Source of the DNA: Chrysemys picta bellii
Taxonomy: Eukaryota
DNA: 64,000 nucleotides
Assembly: GCF_011386835.1 (NCBI RefSeq)
Contig: NC_088803.1
Span: 11,532,001-11,596,000 of the forward strand
Direction: 5' to 3'
The position numbers were made by a program, and so were the translations under genes. The notes below the pieces were generated by a model. That model did no database searches and was not told the DNA's origin. It saw nothing but the letters and a program-made list of their open reading frames with translations. This document shows positions 61,131 through 64,000 of this stretch, one piece after another (the first letter of the stretch is position 1; each line of letters starts with the position of its first letter).

Positions 61131-62153
61131 CTGTGGTGGTTTGAATTTCATCTGAGGGTTTGATATTCAGGGATCTGTTCTGCTCTGCTCCTGGTTAGAC
61201 TGATTCAAGCTTGCTAGGGTTGTCCTAGTCATCCGTGTAGCTGGGACGAGAACACGGGACATTTCATTGAGAATGAAACAGACTGAAATCAATGACAAAG
61301 CCTCAGCCTCTGCTCTTAGTTATTTGAGGGGGTTGCGTGTTCTGAGTCAATGATGACTCAGGATTGCTGAACTGGGATTATTTAATCAAAGATTTATCAG
61401 TCAGAGATTAGCACAGCACAATACAAAAGGATAGTTACATTACCACCTTTGATGTAAGATCAAGAGCTGGGTCTGTGTCTCTTCTTCACTGTAACTGGAA
61501 GGACACCCAGTTTCCATTTCCCAAATAAGTTCCCATACCTGGGTCATTATATAGGGTATCCAAACAAAGAAAACCTCTTTGCTAAAAGAAACACACATTC
61601 TGATGTCATTTCTATACATTCTAAGTTTACCTGATTTACGTGTGAAGGCATAATTATTTACAGCAGAGAGGCCTAACAATTCTTCAAGATAATATCTTTC
61701 AATGGGTCTTTCTTCCCTCACAATCATTCTTCCCTATCTGATGTAACGATATGTTAGCATTTTATACATATGTATGTGTGTGTGTGTTTTAAGGGGATGG
61801 TTCCCATGAATATCTGGAGGTTTATAGAGATAGGGACACTATGGATTATTATATTCAGTCTAAAGCACGGAATTCCTGAATAGGGTTACATATCAGCCAG
61901 GGACCAGTGTTCTGGCCTTAGAATTGAACATACTTTTTGTTAATATCCTAAAAATTCTAAAGAATAGTTAATATACAAATGAATCAAATATAGAGAACAA
62001 AACAGGACTAAAAGGGTTAGTATTTACTAACAGATACTCACAAGGGTAATCACTGAGTAACTACTCTGAATTGAAATGTCTGATTCCAGATTTACTGTGC
62101 GGCAATCTGAGTCTCATAGCAGGGTTTGTATTTTTCTTTTAATGGCCTGTTGC

Positions 62154-62155
<2 letters not shown>

Positions 62156-62202
<47 letters not shown>
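62156..62202. repeat. (GATA)n microsatellite
   Basis: Direct reading. Confidence 0.98.
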
Positions 62203-62454
62203 GTAAATGGGGCTAGCTAGCTCGATGGTGATGTACAGAGGCACAGCTTTGTTGAAGTTAGTGGGGCTACACCAGTGTATACCAGTTGATGAAACTAAAA
62301 AGACTAAGGGCTAGATTTTTTAAGATACGTAGATGCTGAGTGGGATTTTCTAAAGTACCTAGGCACCAAACACTCTTTGATTTCAATAGCTGTTGGGTGC
62401 CTAGCTGCTTTTTAAAATCCCACCAAGCAACTCAATAGCTTTAAAAAATCCAGC

Positions 62455-62807
62455 CACAAAAGACTAAAAGAACTTGGCTTGTTTAGCTTAGCAAAATGCA
62501 TGCTGAGAAGGGATCTGATTGCCCTTTATAAATGCACTGTAAACATCAGGCAGGGTAAATGCTGGCACAAGAACAAATGGAGATAAACGGTCTGTGAGTA
62601 CATTTAGTCTGGAAATTAGAAGAATGTTTCTAGCCATCAGAGGAGGGAGGTTCTGGAACAACCTCCCAATAGGGGCAAACAATCTAATTAGTGTTAACAT
62701 GGAGCTGGATCCTTTTATGATTTGGATTATACAATGTGGTTCCCAGTGAAAGCAGGGAACTGGACTCAATGAGCCAGGAGGTCTCTTCCAGTCCTATGTT
62801 CCTATGA
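62455..62807 (+). mobile_element. Old CR1 3' end
   Basis: KRLKELGLFSLAK..RRDLIALYK; tail ccagtcctatgttcctatga. Confidence 0.8.
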
Positions 62808-62857
62808 GCTGGCCCATAATGACCACATGGAAATTCTTTTTCCTCCTCCTTCCACAG

Positions 62858-63811
62858 ATGAGCTATACCAGTGAAATTGCACAGCGGAATCACAGCATGC
62901 TGACCCACTTCATTTTCTTCAGATTCTGGAGACATCCAGAGACCCGAGCAATATTTTGTATAGGTTTCTCCATTATCTATACCGTCGCCCTGACAGGAAA
63001 CATCCTCATCATCTTCATGACAGTACTGGACCCAGCCCTCCACACCCCCATGTATTTCTTCCTTCGGAACCTATCCTTCCTGTAGATCTGCTACACCTCA
63101 GTCACCGTCCCCAAGATACTGGTCAATTTAATCTCTGAGGAGAGAGTCATCTCCTTCACTGGATGCGCTGCCCAGATGTATTTCTTCCTTTCTCTTGGGA
63201 TGGCAGAATGCTACCTGCTGGCTGCCATGGCATATGACCGCTACAGAGCCATCTGCTCCCCTCTGCACTACGCCCTCCTTATGAACCATAGGGCCTGTGC
63301 CAAGATGGCCGCTGCCTGCTGGCTCTGTGGAATTCTGATGCCGCTGGGCAACGTGGCTTGGATCTTTTCCTTGCCCTACTGCGGCCCCAACGAGATCAAC
63401 CACTTCTTCTGTGATATCTACCCAGTGCTGAAGCTGGCCTGTGGGGACACGTTGAGGAATGAGGCCTCCATCCTAGCCCTCAGTGTTTTGATCAACCTGT
63501 CCTCCTTCTTGCTGGTTGTTGTGTCCTATGCTCAAATACTCTCCAGCATCCTGAAGACCCCATCAGCCAAGGGAAGACATAAGGCCTTCTCGACCTGCTC
63601 CTCTCACCTCACCATGGTCACCTTGTTCTACGGCTCAGCCTGTGCTATTTACCTGCGGCCGAAGTCCAACCACACAGTGGAGGTGGATATGTTGATCTCT
63701 CTTTTTTATTCTGTCCTCTCCCTAGTGCTGAACCCCATGATCTACAGTCTGAGGAACAAAGAGGTGAAGAGTGCCCTGAGCAGACTCAGGGGAAGAAGGA
63801 GGTTTTCATGA
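62858..63811 (+). pseudogene. OR10-like olfactory receptor with one premature stop (TAG at 63083-63085)
   Basis: Both halves share one frame; paralog 57816 has GAG here (LSFLEICY); acceptor CAG directly before ATG. Confidence 0.9.
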
Positions 63812-63959
63812 GTCACGGGAAAAAAATGGGGCTGTCCAGTTCAAAGTAGGGCTTTAAAAAATAAAGTTACCAAATTATTGAATCTACCGAGGTTTTTCTA
63901 TGAAATACACCATAGGTTCACTTCTCAGTTCAGCCACAGACTCCCTGTGCGATACATAG

Positions 63960-64000
63960 CTCCACAGGGAGACAAGGTGGGGGAGGTGATATCTTTTATT
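63960..64000 (-). mobile_element. Penelope 3' terminus, cut by window edge
   Basis: gagacaaggtgggggaggtgatatcttttatt matches the other Penelope ends. Confidence 0.7.

Overview
Vertebrate genomic DNA, almost certainly turtle (tortoise PolIII/SINE-type elements, turtle-type CR1 and Penelope families; inferred from recalled family features, not a database search). It is a 64-kb slice of a class II olfactory receptor (OR) cluster with six single-coding-exon OR loci: two OR11-like genes on the minus strand (6243-7202, 19209-20216), an OR6-like pseudogene with three lesions (32664-33622), two OR10-like open genes (47656-48591, 57816-58829) and an OR10-like gene broken by a single TAG (62858-63811). 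The rest is dense, often nested transposon debris: CR1, RTE, RTE-X, L2, Penelope, tRNA-SINEs, hAT and Harbinger MITEs, and solo LTRs with target-site duplications (TSDs). Most other ORFs in the supplied track are transposon-derived or spurious. Main observations: (1) an LTR (27578-28952) with patchy, strand-specific G-to-A hypermutation, with no GA dinucleotide in about 410 nt, suggesting a TC-preferring APOBEC-like editor; (2) non-repeat blocks conserved upstream of paralogous ORs that carry homeodomain and O/E-like motifs plus splice donors (candidate OR promoters/5' exons), including apparently orphan copies; (3) a 210-bp TG..CA-type mini-element containing a tRNA-Ala-like Pol III promoter; (4) decayed Penelope hammerhead ribozymes; (5) a CTCF-like motif tandem array. 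No CRISPR or prokaryotic features.
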